Source: Octopus bimaculoides
Taxonomy: Eukaryota
Assembly (NCBI RefSeq): GCF_001194135.2
Contig: NC_068981.1
Coordinates: 138,743,002-138,778,695, forward strand
DNA length: 35,694 nt
Reading direction: 5' to 3'
Part shown: positions 1 to 11,219 of the stretch, one piece after another
Layout of the letters: each line of letters opens with the position of its first letter
Numbering within the stretch: the stretch's first letter is position 1
Program-made: the position numbers and the translations under genes
Notes under the pieces: model-generated
Seen by the model: only the letters and a program-made list of their open reading frames with translations
Database searches by the model: none
Told to the model about the DNA's origin: nothing

Positions 1-40
<40 letters not shown>

Positions 41-60
41 GCACACACACACAAACACAC
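1..60. repeat. (AT)n/(AC)n microsatellite
   Basis: Pure AT run followed by AC repeats. Confidence 0.95.
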
Positions 61-167
61 ACATGCACATAAATACCCATAATATACAAGGGTGCTGAGA
101 AGTCAACTAACAGACTAATTATCAAAACGATTCATGGTACTTGGAAACCAACTACTATATATATCTA

Positions 168-298
168 TGTATAAGAATACATGTATATGTATATGTATGT
201 GTATACATACATACATACGTACACGCATGTGTGTGCATGCGTGTATTGTGTGCATACGTGCGTTTGCGTGTGTATCTGTGTGCGTGTTTGTACAAGCG

Positions 299-343
<45 letters not shown>

Positions 344-365
344 ACGCGCGCGTGCGTGCCCATGT
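168..365. repeat. Compound (TATG)n/(GT)n microsatellite
   Basis: Visible directly; it explains the HTHT/VCVC ORFs at 115-584. Confidence 0.95.
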
Positions 366-660
366 ACAGATGCTCACACTTGCATCAATATATACATGCA
401 AGCCAAACTATATGAAGGCGTCTACACACCCACATACAGAACTATATACTTGCACATACCACCCCCTTACTACTTTCCTCCCATCCCACCTCAACAACCT
501 GACCGACTTCTAATGACCACGTGGTCTATTTCCTGTCTTCCAAGTAGTCAATTTCCTGTTCGCCATACGGTATTTTCCACCTAACTTTTACCCATATACC
601 AATATCAATCCATGACACCTCGTGACCGCCCTTGACGGTAATAACAATCAATTTCTGTCA

Positions 661-725
661 TTCAAATTCAAAATGGCTGACGACTTTCATCACACTTGAA
701 ACTCAAGAGTACCAGCGAATTTGAA
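661..725 (+). ncRNA. Degenerate type I hammerhead ribozyme motif, probably a Penelope-like element terminal repeat remnant
   Basis: Core CTGACGA 677-683, GAAA 698-701, stem III ACTC-AA-GAGT 701-710, GUA cleavage triplet 709-711. Stem I: TGG 674-676 pairs with CCA 712-714, and TTCAAATTC 661-669 pairs with GAATTTGAA 717-725. The stem II closing pair is broken. (TA)n follows 17 nt later. Confidence 0.6.
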
Positions 726-1171
726 TCGAACTGTTTTGATCCATATATATATATATATATATATATANNNNNNNNNNNNNNNNNNNNNNNNNNNNNNNNN
801 NNNNNNNNNNNNNNNNNNNNNNNNNNNNNNNNNNNNNNNNNNNNNNNNNNNNNNNNNNNNNNNNNNNNNNNNNNNNNNNNNNNNNNNNNNNNNNNNNNNN
901 NNNNNNNNNNNNNNNNNNNNNNNNNNNNNNNNNNNNNNNNNNNNNNNNNNNNNNNNNNNNNNNNNNNNNNNNNNNNNNNNNNNNNNNNNNNNNNNNNNNN
1001 NNNNNNNNNNNNNNNNNNNNNNNNNNNNNNNNNNNNNNNNNNNNNNNNNNNNNNNNNNNNNNNNNNNNNNNNNNNNNNNNNNNNNNNNNNNNNNNNNTAT
1101 ATATATGATTAATTCAATAATAGGATAAAGTTTTTTATAAGAATTAATCAAGTAGCTCGCGTGAAAAACCT

Positions 1172-1212
<41 letters not shown>

Positions 1213-1320
1213 ATAGATATGTCTATATATGTACATATATATGTATATATATGTATATATGTACATATATGTGTATATACACACACACGCACACACACAC
1301 ACTCATACACACATATATAG

Positions 1321-1500
1321 TTGAAATTTACAGAAAAACAAAGGACAAAGACGGGTGTATAAACAACAAGCAGATGTATTGCTTTGACGCTCAGGAAGCT
1401 GAGAAAGTCTTTTACGTTTCAAGCCTATGCTCTTCAACAGAAGGGAACACGAGGAAATAAACAGAGAGGGATTAAAAAGAGAATAAAAAAGATAGAGAAT
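1321..1500 (-). mobile_element. Penelope-like terminal fragment with a hammerhead-like variant (TTGAAGAG...CTTGAAACGTA at 1413-1437)
   Basis: Minus strand reads ctgTTGAAGAGcataggCTTGAAACGTAaaagac with an ACGT palindrome. Core C3 and stem I are imperfect. Lies beside microsatellites. Confidence 0.4.
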
Positions 1501-1596
1501 AAAAAACACTTGTGGATTTAGCGGTCAATCAAGACGACATATGTGTGTGTGTGTGCGTGCCTGTATATATGTATGCATTCATTCACATACATACAT

Positions 1597-1892
1597 GAGC
1601 TGGCTCTCTGTCGGTTAAAACAAAGAGTGTTCCGGTTGATCAGTTCAACTGAGCAGCGTGCACACCACAAACACGCGTACTCATAACGTAGTAATCAAGG
1701 AGATTCTGCGAGAACAGAGCGTGACAAGGCTGGGACTTTGAATTACGGTTAAACATCATTTTTTGCCAACTCAGTCATACTGGAGCAACGGGAAATAAAG
1801 TGTCTTGCTCAAGGGCACAATGCGCTACCGGTAATCGAACTCACGACCCTACGATCATGAGTTAAACGCCCTAGACACTAAGCTACGCGCCT
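1597..1892 (-). mobile_element. tRNA-derived SINE, family B (diverged)
   Basis: Minus-strand head has A-box-like TAGCTTAGTG and B-box-like GAGTTCGATTACC, then gagcaagacactttatt. The body resembles family A. A related copy lies at 28990-29283. Confidence 0.75.
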
Positions 1893-2020
1893 GTACATGC
1901 ATGCATACATACATACATACATACATACATACATACATACATACATACGTACACACTGACATATATTCATACGTAGACACACATATACATACATGCATGC
2001 ATACATACATACATACATAT

Positions 2021-2245
2021 ATTCTTTACTCTTTTACTTGTTTCAGTAATTTGACTGCGGCCGTGCTGGAGTACCGCCTTTAGTCTAACAAATCGACCCC
2101 AGGACTTATTCTTTGTAAGCCTAGTACTTTTCCTTTTTGCCGAACCGCAAGGTTACGGGAACGTAATTACGCCAACATCGGTTGTCAAAGCGATGGTGGG
2201 TGGGTGGGTGTGTGGATGGGTGGGGGTAGAAACATAGACACGCAA
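2021..2245 (-). mobile_element. SINE family D, 3' half
   Basis: Matches the 3' half of the copies at 11220-11652 and 12285-12722 (tttgccgaaccgc; tttcagtaatttgactgcggccgtgctgga). Confidence 0.8.
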
Positions 2246-2250
2246 AATAC

Positions 2251-2570
2251 AAACTTTCAAAATACAAAGACCTGGAAATAGAGGTAAATCGAATGTGGAG
2301 CCTAAAAACAAACAATTCCTATCATAGTAGGCGTATTAGGCATGATAAAAAATATTCAGACAAATACATAAAAAAACACCAGGACTTACAAATATATATA
2401 ACATACAGAAAATTTCACTACTGGGCACTGCACACATCCTACGCAAAACACTTTCAATACAGTAACCATAAGAGCATCACAGCAAACCACAGCACATACC
2501 CAAGGCACACAGAGCTGCGCTTGGTAGTGAAGTGAAAGCACGTTATAAAAATAAAACTACTGAACAATCA
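2251..2570 (+). mobile_element. R4/Dong-type (restriction-like endonuclease) LINE, frameshifted 3' end plus 3' UTR
   Basis: Joining frames gives KLSKYKDLEIEVNRMWSLKT/TIPIIVGVLGMIK...IQKISLLGTAHILRKTLSIQ* (stop 2463-2465). This is the K-Y-x-D-L...IP-I-I-V-G-x-L-G C-terminus typical of R4/Dong elements. It ends directly in (AAT)n. Confidence 0.8.
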
Positions 2571-2591
2571 TAATAATAATAATAATAATAA

Positions 2592-2622
<31 letters not shown>

Positions 2623-2680
2623 AAGAAGAAGAAGAAGAAGAACAACAACAACAACAACAACAANNNNNNNNNNAACAATC

Positions 2681-2742
<62 letters not shown>

Positions 2743-2760
2743 AAGAAGAAGAAGAAGAAG

Positions 2761-2801
<41 letters not shown>

Positions 2802-2847
2802 AAAGAATAGCAATAATCCTTTCTACTACTAGTACTACTACTACTAC

Positions 2848-2900
<53 letters not shown>
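2568..2900. repeat. Compound (AAT)n(AAG)n(AAC)n(ACT)n trinucleotide array, partly duplicated across a 10-N gap
   Basis: The same aacaatc-(AAT)-(AAG)-(AAC) block occurs on both sides of N 2664-2673. Confidence 0.95.
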
Positions 2901-2904
<4 letters not shown>

Positions 2905-3114
2905 TAATCTTTTCTACTGGAGGCACAAGGCCTCAAATTTGTAGGGAGGGGACTAGTCGATTACATCGACCTCAGCTTTTCACTAGTACTTAATTTATCG
3001 ACCCCGAAAGGCAAAGTCGACCTCGATGGAATTTGAACTCAGAACGTAACTGCAAACGAAATAACGCTAAGCATTTCGCCCGGCGTGTTAACAATTCTGC
3101 AAGTTCACTGCCTT
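2901..3114 (-). mobile_element. tRNA-derived SINE, family E
   Basis: Shares gtcgattacatcgac...ggcaaagtcgacctc...gaatttgaactcagaacg...gcatttcgcccggcg with 15781-16041 and 20272-20510. B-box-like GAGTTCAAATTCC on the minus strand. Confidence 0.85.
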
Positions 3115-3115
3115 G

Positions 3116-3123
3116 ATAATAAC

Positions 3124-3212
<89 letters not shown>
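3116..3212. repeat. (GAT)n(AAT)n microsatellite
   Basis: Visible directly. Confidence 0.95.
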
Positions 3213-3214
<2 letters not shown>

Positions 3215-4290
3215 GTATCACCACCGCGACCAATCAGCGCCATATCAACATCCAAACGCATAACAAATACATTTAAGGGAAACATGCTGAGTTTGGATCA
3301 GTAGATAGACAGGGTGATCATAGCCTCATAGAAGAAAAACGAGTACAAAGACAGAAGACAGGGTATATATGCGTGCGTACGCGTATAGATATCTGTGTAT
3401 GTATGTGTGTGTGTGCGTGTAAGGTGATGAGGTTGGAGTGTGATGAGGGGGGGGGGCAGGAAAGGGCCCATCTATCATCATTTAGGGGTCGAGGAAAAAT
3501 CAAGAAGAATGCACGGTTGACGTTAAGAGACAATTGATGAAAAAGAACAAACCAGAGGAGAGCAACTAAGAAGATACAACTGCAGGAGGCCAAGCATGGA
3601 CGTGTGAACATCAACAGAGAAGAGCGTTTTATTTTTATTTTATAACAAAAACTTATTTCTCCGCAAACTCTCAGCCCCTTCGCTCCATTATNNNNNNNNN
3701 NNNNNNNNNNNNNNNNNNNNNNNNNNNNNNNNNNNNNNNNNNNNNNNNNNNNNNNNNNNNNNNNNNNNNNNNNNNNNNNNNNNNNNNNNNNNNNNNNNNN
3801 NNNNNNNNNNNNNNNNNNNNNNNNNNNNNNNNNNNNNNNNNNNNNNNNNNNNNNNNNNNNNNNNNNNNNNNNNNNNNNNNNNNNNNNNNNNNNNNNNNNN
3901 NNNNNNNNNNNNNNNNNNNNNNNNNNNNNNNNNNNNNNNNNNNNNNNNNNNNNNNNNNNNNNNNNNNNNNNNNNNNNNNNNNNNNNNNNNNNNNNNNNNN
4001 NNNNNNNNNNNNNNNNNNNNNNNNNNNNNNNNNNNNNNNNNNNNNNNNNNNNNNNNNNNNNNNNNNNNNNNNNNNNNNNNNNNNNNNNNNNNNNNNNNNN
4101 NNNNNNNNNNNNNNNNNNNNNNNNNNNNNNNNNNNNNNNNNNNNNNNNNNNNNNNNNNNNNNNNNNNNNNNNNNNNNNNNNNNNNNNNNNNNNNNNNNNN
4201 NNNNNNNNNNNNNNNNNNNNNNNNNNNNNNNNNNNNNNNNNNNNNNNNNNNNNNNNNNNNNNNNNNNNNNNNNNNNNNNNNNNNNNNNNN

Positions 4291-4347
<57 letters not shown>

Positions 4348-4640
4348 ATGAATAAAAGCATATATAAGATTCAGTTGAATTAGGTACTTAAATTGAGGCA
4401 CCTCGTTAGGTTGGAAAAATATACACACACAACAAGAATAGTATGTAAATATCAAACGTGGTACATAAGTACCGGCCGAATGATATTCCTGTAGTGTATG
4501 TAAACAATTAGACCTAGCTGAGTGAAAAGGATCTGCTCTTAGGCTATTCAGACATGTACAGTATATTAAATATACAGTCCATAATATTTACGATGGGCAG
4601 GTTCCGAGACAATGAGTAACAGTAGAGGTACAGGTGACAA

Positions 4641-4725
4641 TCCATTACGGTTGTTTCTACCGACTCCTTTAATTGATTAATGAAAGCATTACGTCATTGT
4701 AAAGAAACCGTTTTCATCAGATGAA
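4641..4725 (-). ncRNA. Type I hammerhead-like motif, left arm of the inverted repeat
   Basis: Minus strand: ttcat-CTGATGA-aaacggtttcttt...aaaggagtcggta-GAAA-caaccg-TA-atgga. Stem II has 10 contiguous pairs; the stem III palindrome carries two substitutions. Confidence 0.55.
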
Positions 4726-4869
4726 TTCATCAATTTCAAAATAAAGGTAATTCGAAATGATTTAACATAGTTAACTAAAATAGTAGCAGAATCACTGTAA
4801 ATGCTTTTGCTCCGTAGATTTTAACTATGTTAAATCATTTCGAATGATCTTTATTTTGAAGTTAATGAA

Positions 4870-4954
4870 TTCATCTGATGAAAACGGTTTCTTTACAATG
4901 ATGTAATGCTCTCATTAATCAATTAAAGAAGTAGTTGGAAACGGCCGTAATGGA
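4870..4954 (+). ncRNA. Type I hammerhead-like motif, right arm of the inverted repeat
   Basis: Stem I TTCAT/ATGGA, CTGATGA 4875-4881, long stem II (4883-4895 with 4924-4936), GAAA 4938-4941, perfect palindrome ACGGCCGT 4941-4948, GUA triplet 4947-4949. Confidence 0.65.
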
Positions 4955-4995
4955 CTGAAACCTGTACCTCTACTGTTATTCATTTAAATTCATAA

Positions 4996-5034
<39 letters not shown>

Positions 5035-5884
5035 NNNNNNNNNNNNNNNNNNNNNNNNNNNNNNNNNNNNNNNNNNNNNNNNNNNNNNNNNNNNNNNNNN
5101 NNNNNNNNNNNNNNNNNNNNNNNNNNNNNNNNNNNNNNNNNNNNNNNNNNNNNNNNNNNNNNNNNNNNNNNNNNNNNNNNNNNNNNNNNNNNNNNNNNNN
5201 NNNNNNNNNNNNNNNNNNNNNNNNNNNNNNNNNNNNNNNNNNNNNNNNNNNNNNNNNNNNNNNNNNNNNNNNNNNNNNNNNNNNNNNNNNNNNNNNNNNN
5301 NNNNNNNNNNNNNNNNNNNNNNNNNNNNNNNNNNNNNNNNNNNNNNNNNNNNNNNNNNNNNNNNNNNNNNNNNNNNNNNNNNNNNNNNNNNNNNNNNNNN
5401 NNNNNNNNNNNNNNNNNNNNNNNNNNNNNNNNNNNNNNNNNNNNNNNNNNNNNNNNNNNNNNNNNNNNNNNNNNNNNNNNNNNNNNNNNNNNNNNNNNNN
5501 NNNNNNNNNNNNNNNNNNNNNNNNNNNNNNNNNNNNNNNNNNNNNNNNNNNNNNNNNNNNNNNNNNNNNNNNNNNNNNNNNNNNNNNNNNNNNNNNNNNN
5601 NNNNNNNNNNNNNNNNNNNNNNNNNNNNNNNNNNNNNNNNNNNNNNNNNNNNNNNNNNNNNNNNNNNNNNNNNNNNNNNNNNNNNNNNNNNNNNNNNNNN
5701 NNNNNNNNNNNNNNNNNNNNNNNNNNNNNNNNNNNNNNNNNNNNNNNNNNNNNNNNNNNNNNNNNNNNNNNNNNNNNNNNNNNNNNNNNNNNNNNNNNNN
5801 NNNNNNNNNNNNNNNNNNNNNNNNNNNNNNNNNNNNNNNNNNNNNNNNNNNNNNNNNNNNNNNNNNNNNNNNNNNNNNNNNNNN

Positions 5885-6029
5885 ATTAATCAGAAATGTG
5901 TTACCTTCATACGTAATATTTCTTGTTATTTATCATGCAATTTAAATTTTAACTCGCAGTACACACACGAACACACACATATACATATACGCGTGTGTGT
6001 TATGCATATTTATGTATTTGTATATATAC

Positions 6030-6087
<58 letters not shown>

Positions 6088-6179
6088 GTGTGTATGTATA
6101 TATATATGTTTCTATATGTATATAAATGTATATATGCATGCATGTATGTATGTATTTTACCATAAAGCCACGACTGCGC

Positions 6180-6234
<55 letters not shown>

Positions 6235-6430
6235 CATACACACATGTATATACATACATATAAAAACATATATATGTGTGTGTATATATACAAATATGTT
6301 AATATACATACCATACACATACGCGTATATGTATATGCGCGTGTTCGTGTGTGTACTGCAAGTTGAATTTTAAATTGCATGATAAATAACAAGAAATATT
6401 ACGTATGAAGGTAACACGTTTCTGATTAAT
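5885..6430. repeat. Inverted repeat (arms of at least 116 bp: 5885-6000 and 6315-6430) enclosing a microsatellite core
   Basis: Manual alignment gives 7 differences in 116 bp. The left arm runs into the N gap. Confidence 0.9.
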
Positions 6431-6552
6431 TGACAATGCAACTTGATCATATAATTTACATTGTATAATTTGTTTTGGAGTGTAAGTAACTCGGTATATA
6501 TAAATATATGACTAAAAGTTATATAAATAATATTTTCTGTATTTGGTTTTAG

Positions 6553-6668
<116 letters not shown>

Positions 6669-6805
6669 CTTTACAAAGTTTCAGCTTTAAAGCTGTGGTC
6701 ATGCTGGGGCATTACCGTTGGCTATGCTCCACCATTATTTGAAACCTCCTCCGAAATATGGCATTTGGTGAATGAGGGAGTTTGACGCTGCTGCTCTCAT
6801 CTGTG

Positions 6806-6844
<39 letters not shown>

Positions 6845-6846
6845 CA

Positions 6847-7185
6847 TACGAGGTCTATTCAATAAGTAGCCGGACTGTTGCCATAGTAAAGAAGCTAAAG
6901 TAAGCAGAGTGAAGCCTGCTTAGCACAGATTCACCCTGATCTCTGCTGCATGTACGCACTAAATTTTAACGTCCAAGCTCACTTCCGCTGTTTACAAGTG
7001 CTTGGAAGGAAGGTACGTAGCGTGTGATCGTCGCGTTGACCAAGACAAAGAAAGCTGCCACGGCGATACATGCTCAGAGCCCTACGCAAAGTTACAGAAA
7101 GTGTATGGAGAGGGGTGTATGAGACGCACACTAGTGTACGAGTGGTTCAGATGTTTCCAAAGTTGTTAGGTCGTCGAAGAAAATG
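6847..7185 (+). mobile_element. Mariner transposon 5' fragment (left TIR plus degraded N-terminal helix-turn-helix)
   Basis: TA-CGAGGTCTATTCAATAAGTAGCCGGAC terminus beside (TA)n. 7062-7169 translates GDTCSEPYAKLQKVYGEGCMRRTLVYEWFRCFQSC*, matching the mariner VYG...VYEWF..F pattern. No right TIR seen. Confidence 0.85.
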
Positions 7186-7693
7186 CCTCGCAGTACTTGT
7201 ACCTCCCATCGACGCTCGCGTTCGAACCCCATCGAGTTCGACTCTTCGTTCAAGACCGATAAATAAAATGCTAGTTCAGGATGGCGGATTGGCAGAATTT
7301 ATTTATATAAGTGTGTGTGTATGTGTGTGCGTGTGTGTGTGTGTGCGTGTATGTGTTGTGTGCGTGTGTGTGTGTACAAAAACAAATATTAAATTTGCCT
7401 AAGTAATTAATGAGATAATGAAATACAGCTGCCTGTTCATTAGTATAAATCAGGCAACTGTACAGTGCAAATCACCAATAACCTTGTCTGACGGCTGCAG
7501 CAATTTAAAGTTCCTGCTCGTGAATTAGCGCAGATTAAGAGGTCCCGGACCATCTATGTCCGTAAAACCGGTATATATATACGTATGTGTGTATGTATGT
7601 ATGTATGTATGTATGTATGTGTACATGCGGCTGTGTATATACAACATGTGTATGTGTGTTTATGTATATATATATATATAAATATAGGTATAT

Positions 7694-7885
7694 AGGCGCA
7701 GGTGTGGCTGTGTGGTAAGAAACTTGCTTCCCCAACCACATGGTTCCGGATTCAGTTCCACTGCGTGGAACCTTGAGCAAGTGGCTTTTTCTATTGTCTC
7801 GGACCCACCAAAGCCTTATGAGTGGATTTGGTAGACAGAAACTGAAAGCAGCCCATCGTATATATATATATATATATATATATAT
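7694..7885 (+). mobile_element. SINE family D, 5' half running into (TA)n and a gap
   Basis: aggcgcaggtgtggctgtgtggtaag...ccaaccacatggttccggattcagttccactgcg head, homologous to the other D copies. Confidence 0.85.
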
Positions 7886-8125
7886 NNNNNNNNNNNNNNN
7901 NNNNNNNNNNNNNNNNNNNNNNNNNNNNNNNNNNNNNNNNNNNNNNNNNNNNNNNNNNNNNNNNNNNNNNNNNNNNNNNNNNNNNNNNNNNNNNNNNNNN
8001 NNNNNNNNNNNNNNNNNNNNNNNNNNNNNNNNNNNNNNNNNNNNNNNNNNNNNNNNNNNNNNNNNNNNNNNNNNNNNNNNNNNNNNNNNNNNNNNNNNNN
8101 NNNNNNNNNNNNNNNNNNNNNNNNN

Positions 8126-8149
8126 CACACACACACACACACACACACG

Positions 8150-8184
<35 letters not shown>

Positions 8185-8194
8185 ACACACATGC

Positions 8195-8241
<47 letters not shown>
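8126..8241. repeat. (CA)n and (GA)n microsatellites
   Basis: Visible directly. Confidence 0.95.
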
Positions 8242-8246
<5 letters not shown>

Positions 8247-9525
8247 TCGTGAGCGCGTATTTATGTATCTGTTTGTATCTGCTTGTTTTTTTCTTGTGAA
8301 AGTGGAGGATAACGTGAATGTGAGAGAATGAATGATAGGGAAGTCGACTACTGGAAGGTGACAAATATTAAATGGAGGCAAAAACAAACAATAGAAACTA
8401 GAACCAAGCGAGAAATGATTATAAGCCGCAAGAAATATCAGTACTAATACATAGTAATTAAATGTTCAATTGAAGTGGGGGATATGAAACCGGATAAAAT
8501 CAACACCCACTGAGTTTCATTACAAAGAAAAAGAATGAGGTTGAAGTGATAGGCCTAGTAAGGAAATAGCGGTAGCGAGCAGTAGAGTGGGTGAGGAGGA
8601 TGCTAGAAGGCAGATTAGAAATAGCATTGCTTTTGAAGCGAAACAGAGAATGCGTCGTATGAGCTAAGGCCTGCTCTCCGAGACACTGAAACAATGAAGA
8701 CCGGTCGATAGACCCGAGGTACGGAATTACGGCGTGACATGAAATTCACAGTTCGCTCTCTAATGGATTGCATTGAACTTGTTTTCTTTGATTCCAAGCA
8801 AATGGGTATAGTTTTTTATGTATTAGTTTGCTTGACTGTTTGGGTCAGTGGTGGACTTCAATGCCCAAATCAACAGTTTGCGCCATCTAGTGGAGGTTCA
8901 GGGAGCGAAAAGCCAACAACTACGGCTGAAGTCAACGTCGTAGTTTTCCGTTGTGTGAGTAACTGCCAGGCAGGTTCTCTACTGATTTGCAAACGTTTGG
9001 CAACAGACGGGGCATTTCCAGTTCCGTGAGAAAGGATGCATACAAGGGGTATCATAGCGGCCTTCAGCCTGCTGAAGTTCGTTGGAACTTTGCTGTACGC
9101 ACAGTGGGTTTAATATTTTGGCTAGCAAAGACGTGGGGGATAGTTTGGCGGGTAGAGTCTTTGATAACGATTAGTGTTGTTAGCTACACTCGTCCGAGAT
9201 GCACACAGAACGAAGAAACTGTTTTGCACTAATTCAGTGTCTAGACATTACTGAGCTGTAGACATGTATCGACGTATGTTATCATGTATAAGATAGATAT
9301 ATTTGTTAGCCGTGTCATTTGTTAACATCACTTCGTTGCCTTCATTTATTATGTAATTCCCCTCCGTATAGCAAAAACGGTAAAATATGCTGTGCTGTGC
9401 ATTGAGAAGATTGACAACAACCAGTCCTATTATGAATCTCTTCAAATACCACTTAAAGGAGAAAGTAAACGGAGAGACATGAATGCTGCTCTTCAGCAAA
9501 ATTTTCTATGCGTTGAATGGCAGTG

Positions 9526-9900
9526 GTTGTTGTTGCACTCCGTCGCTTACGACGTCGAGGGTTCCAGTTGATCCGATCAACGGAACAGCCTGCTCGTGAA
9601 ATTAACGTGCAAGTGGCTGAGCACTCCACAGACACGTGTACTCTTAACGTAGTTCTCGGGGATATTCAGCGTGACACAGTGTGACAAGGCTGACCCCTTT
9701 GAAATACAGGCACAACAGAAACAGGAAGTAAAAGTTGTGGTGAAAGAGTACAGCAGGGTTCGCCACCATCCCCTACCGGAGCCTCGTGGAGCTTTAGGTG
9801 TTTTCGCTCAATAAACATTCACAACACCCGGTCTGGGAATCGAAACCGTGATCCTATGACCGCGCGTCCGCTGCCCTAACCACTGGGCCATTGCGCCTCC
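9526..9900 (-). mobile_element. tRNA-derived SINE, family A, near full length
   Basis: Reverse complement of 29795-30180. Probable 11-bp TSD with one mismatch: atggcagtggt 9517-9527 and atgggagtggt 9903-9913. Confidence 0.92.
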
Positions 9901-10071
9901 ACATGGGAGTGGTAACTTCTGAATAAATAACTGTAGGCCAGAGATCTCAGTGTTTTATATCGTTTCATTCTGTTTTCCACTCACTGAATGATGCAACCTC
10001 TGCAAAAGTCTTCACCATAAGTATGCTCAGTCAAGCGAACATGGAACGCCAGAAAGCCACAACAACCAAAA

Positions 10072-10162
10072 TATCAACGAGGAATATCCAAACAACGAGG
10101 AAGCCCCTATGCGGTTGCTCAAGCTTCTAGAAATAATAATCAAATCTCCTTCAAATCATACT
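10072..10162 (-). repeat. Old dispersed repeat, family C (gatttggctgctatttctagcagatcgagcg core)
   Basis: Related motifs near 15097-15150, 16511-16560, 17478-17520, 22671-22710 and more weakly 25660-25715. Confidence 0.6.
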
Positions 10163-11048
10163 CTGCTATTTTAAATAAATATATATATATATAAAACGAA
10201 TTACTTTGGCAATAAAGTCCATGATATACACATAAAACCGTGATTAAACACCATCACCAACACCAATAACCACTGCACCATCACCCCATCAACATCGATA
10301 AGAAAGTATAAAGAAACCTTTATGAGTCAGTACTATATTTTGGGGGACATTTGTTTTCGTTTTCTTATTTACTAGTATTGAAAAGGCATCATTTGTTACT
10401 TGATACTTTGTTTAAAATCTAGTTACGTATATAAATTTTTTTACATCATGCTTTTGTGAACAATAACGTCGTTTGTTATAATTTTCCATAGAACTAATCA
10501 CTGTATTTGCGTGTGTATATATTTCTCCGTACTTAATTGAGCAGCTGTTTGTTCTGCTCAGGTACATTGTAGATTTTTAAATGCATGTCTAGCTCTTACC
10601 TGTTACTCTATAAATCTGTTGAATTTCATGACCGACTGAGAGAACTGTGTGAGACAAGTTACCAATAGGATTTCACTCATCAACACGCTTTTATTTTTGA
10701 CACATAAAACCCTACAGCTGTGACAGTGTTCAGTTACACATGTTATGGTTTCAGTTTCTACTAAATTATCGACAAAATTTGTCGACTGTGTACTTTATTC
10801 AGGTTTTCTCAATAAGGTATTTTCATTACCCGTTTTATATATGGATGTATATACACACCTGCTCATAATAATATTTGTACATTATAAATAAGTTCAAGGG
10901 TGGTGAAAGGGGTTGTGTTCTGACGTTTCGAGTCTTTTATATCGATATATCTATCGATCGATAAATAACTTAGCGGAAACTCGTGAATATAGGATATTTG
11001 TAAACCAAATATAATAAAATACATGCCCTCGCGCATGCATAATACATG

Positions 11049-11080
<32 letters not shown>

Positions 11081-11219
11081 CATACATACATACATACATA
11101 CATACATGTACATGTATATACATGTATTCATATATATATAGCTATATAGATACACACACATACACACACACACATACACACACACATATACACACACATA
11201 CACACATATGCATACATAT

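Larger units (their letters stand above)
4611..4984. repeat. Inverted repeat: 164-bp arms (4611-4774 and 4821-4984) with a 46-bp spacer
   Basis: Manual alignment gives 16 substitutions and no indels in 164 bp (about 90% identity). Confidence 0.95.

Noticed and set aside
85-103. TACAAGGGTGCTGAGAAGT, resembling a mariner terminus
   Set aside because: Only 19 bp, with no partner end or internal homology.
8739-9029. ORF containing a signal-peptide-like stretch (MGIVFYVLVCLTVWVSG-GLQC)
   Set aside because: No recognisable domain or cysteine pattern follows, and there is no supporting gene structure; such hydrophobic runs arise by chance.
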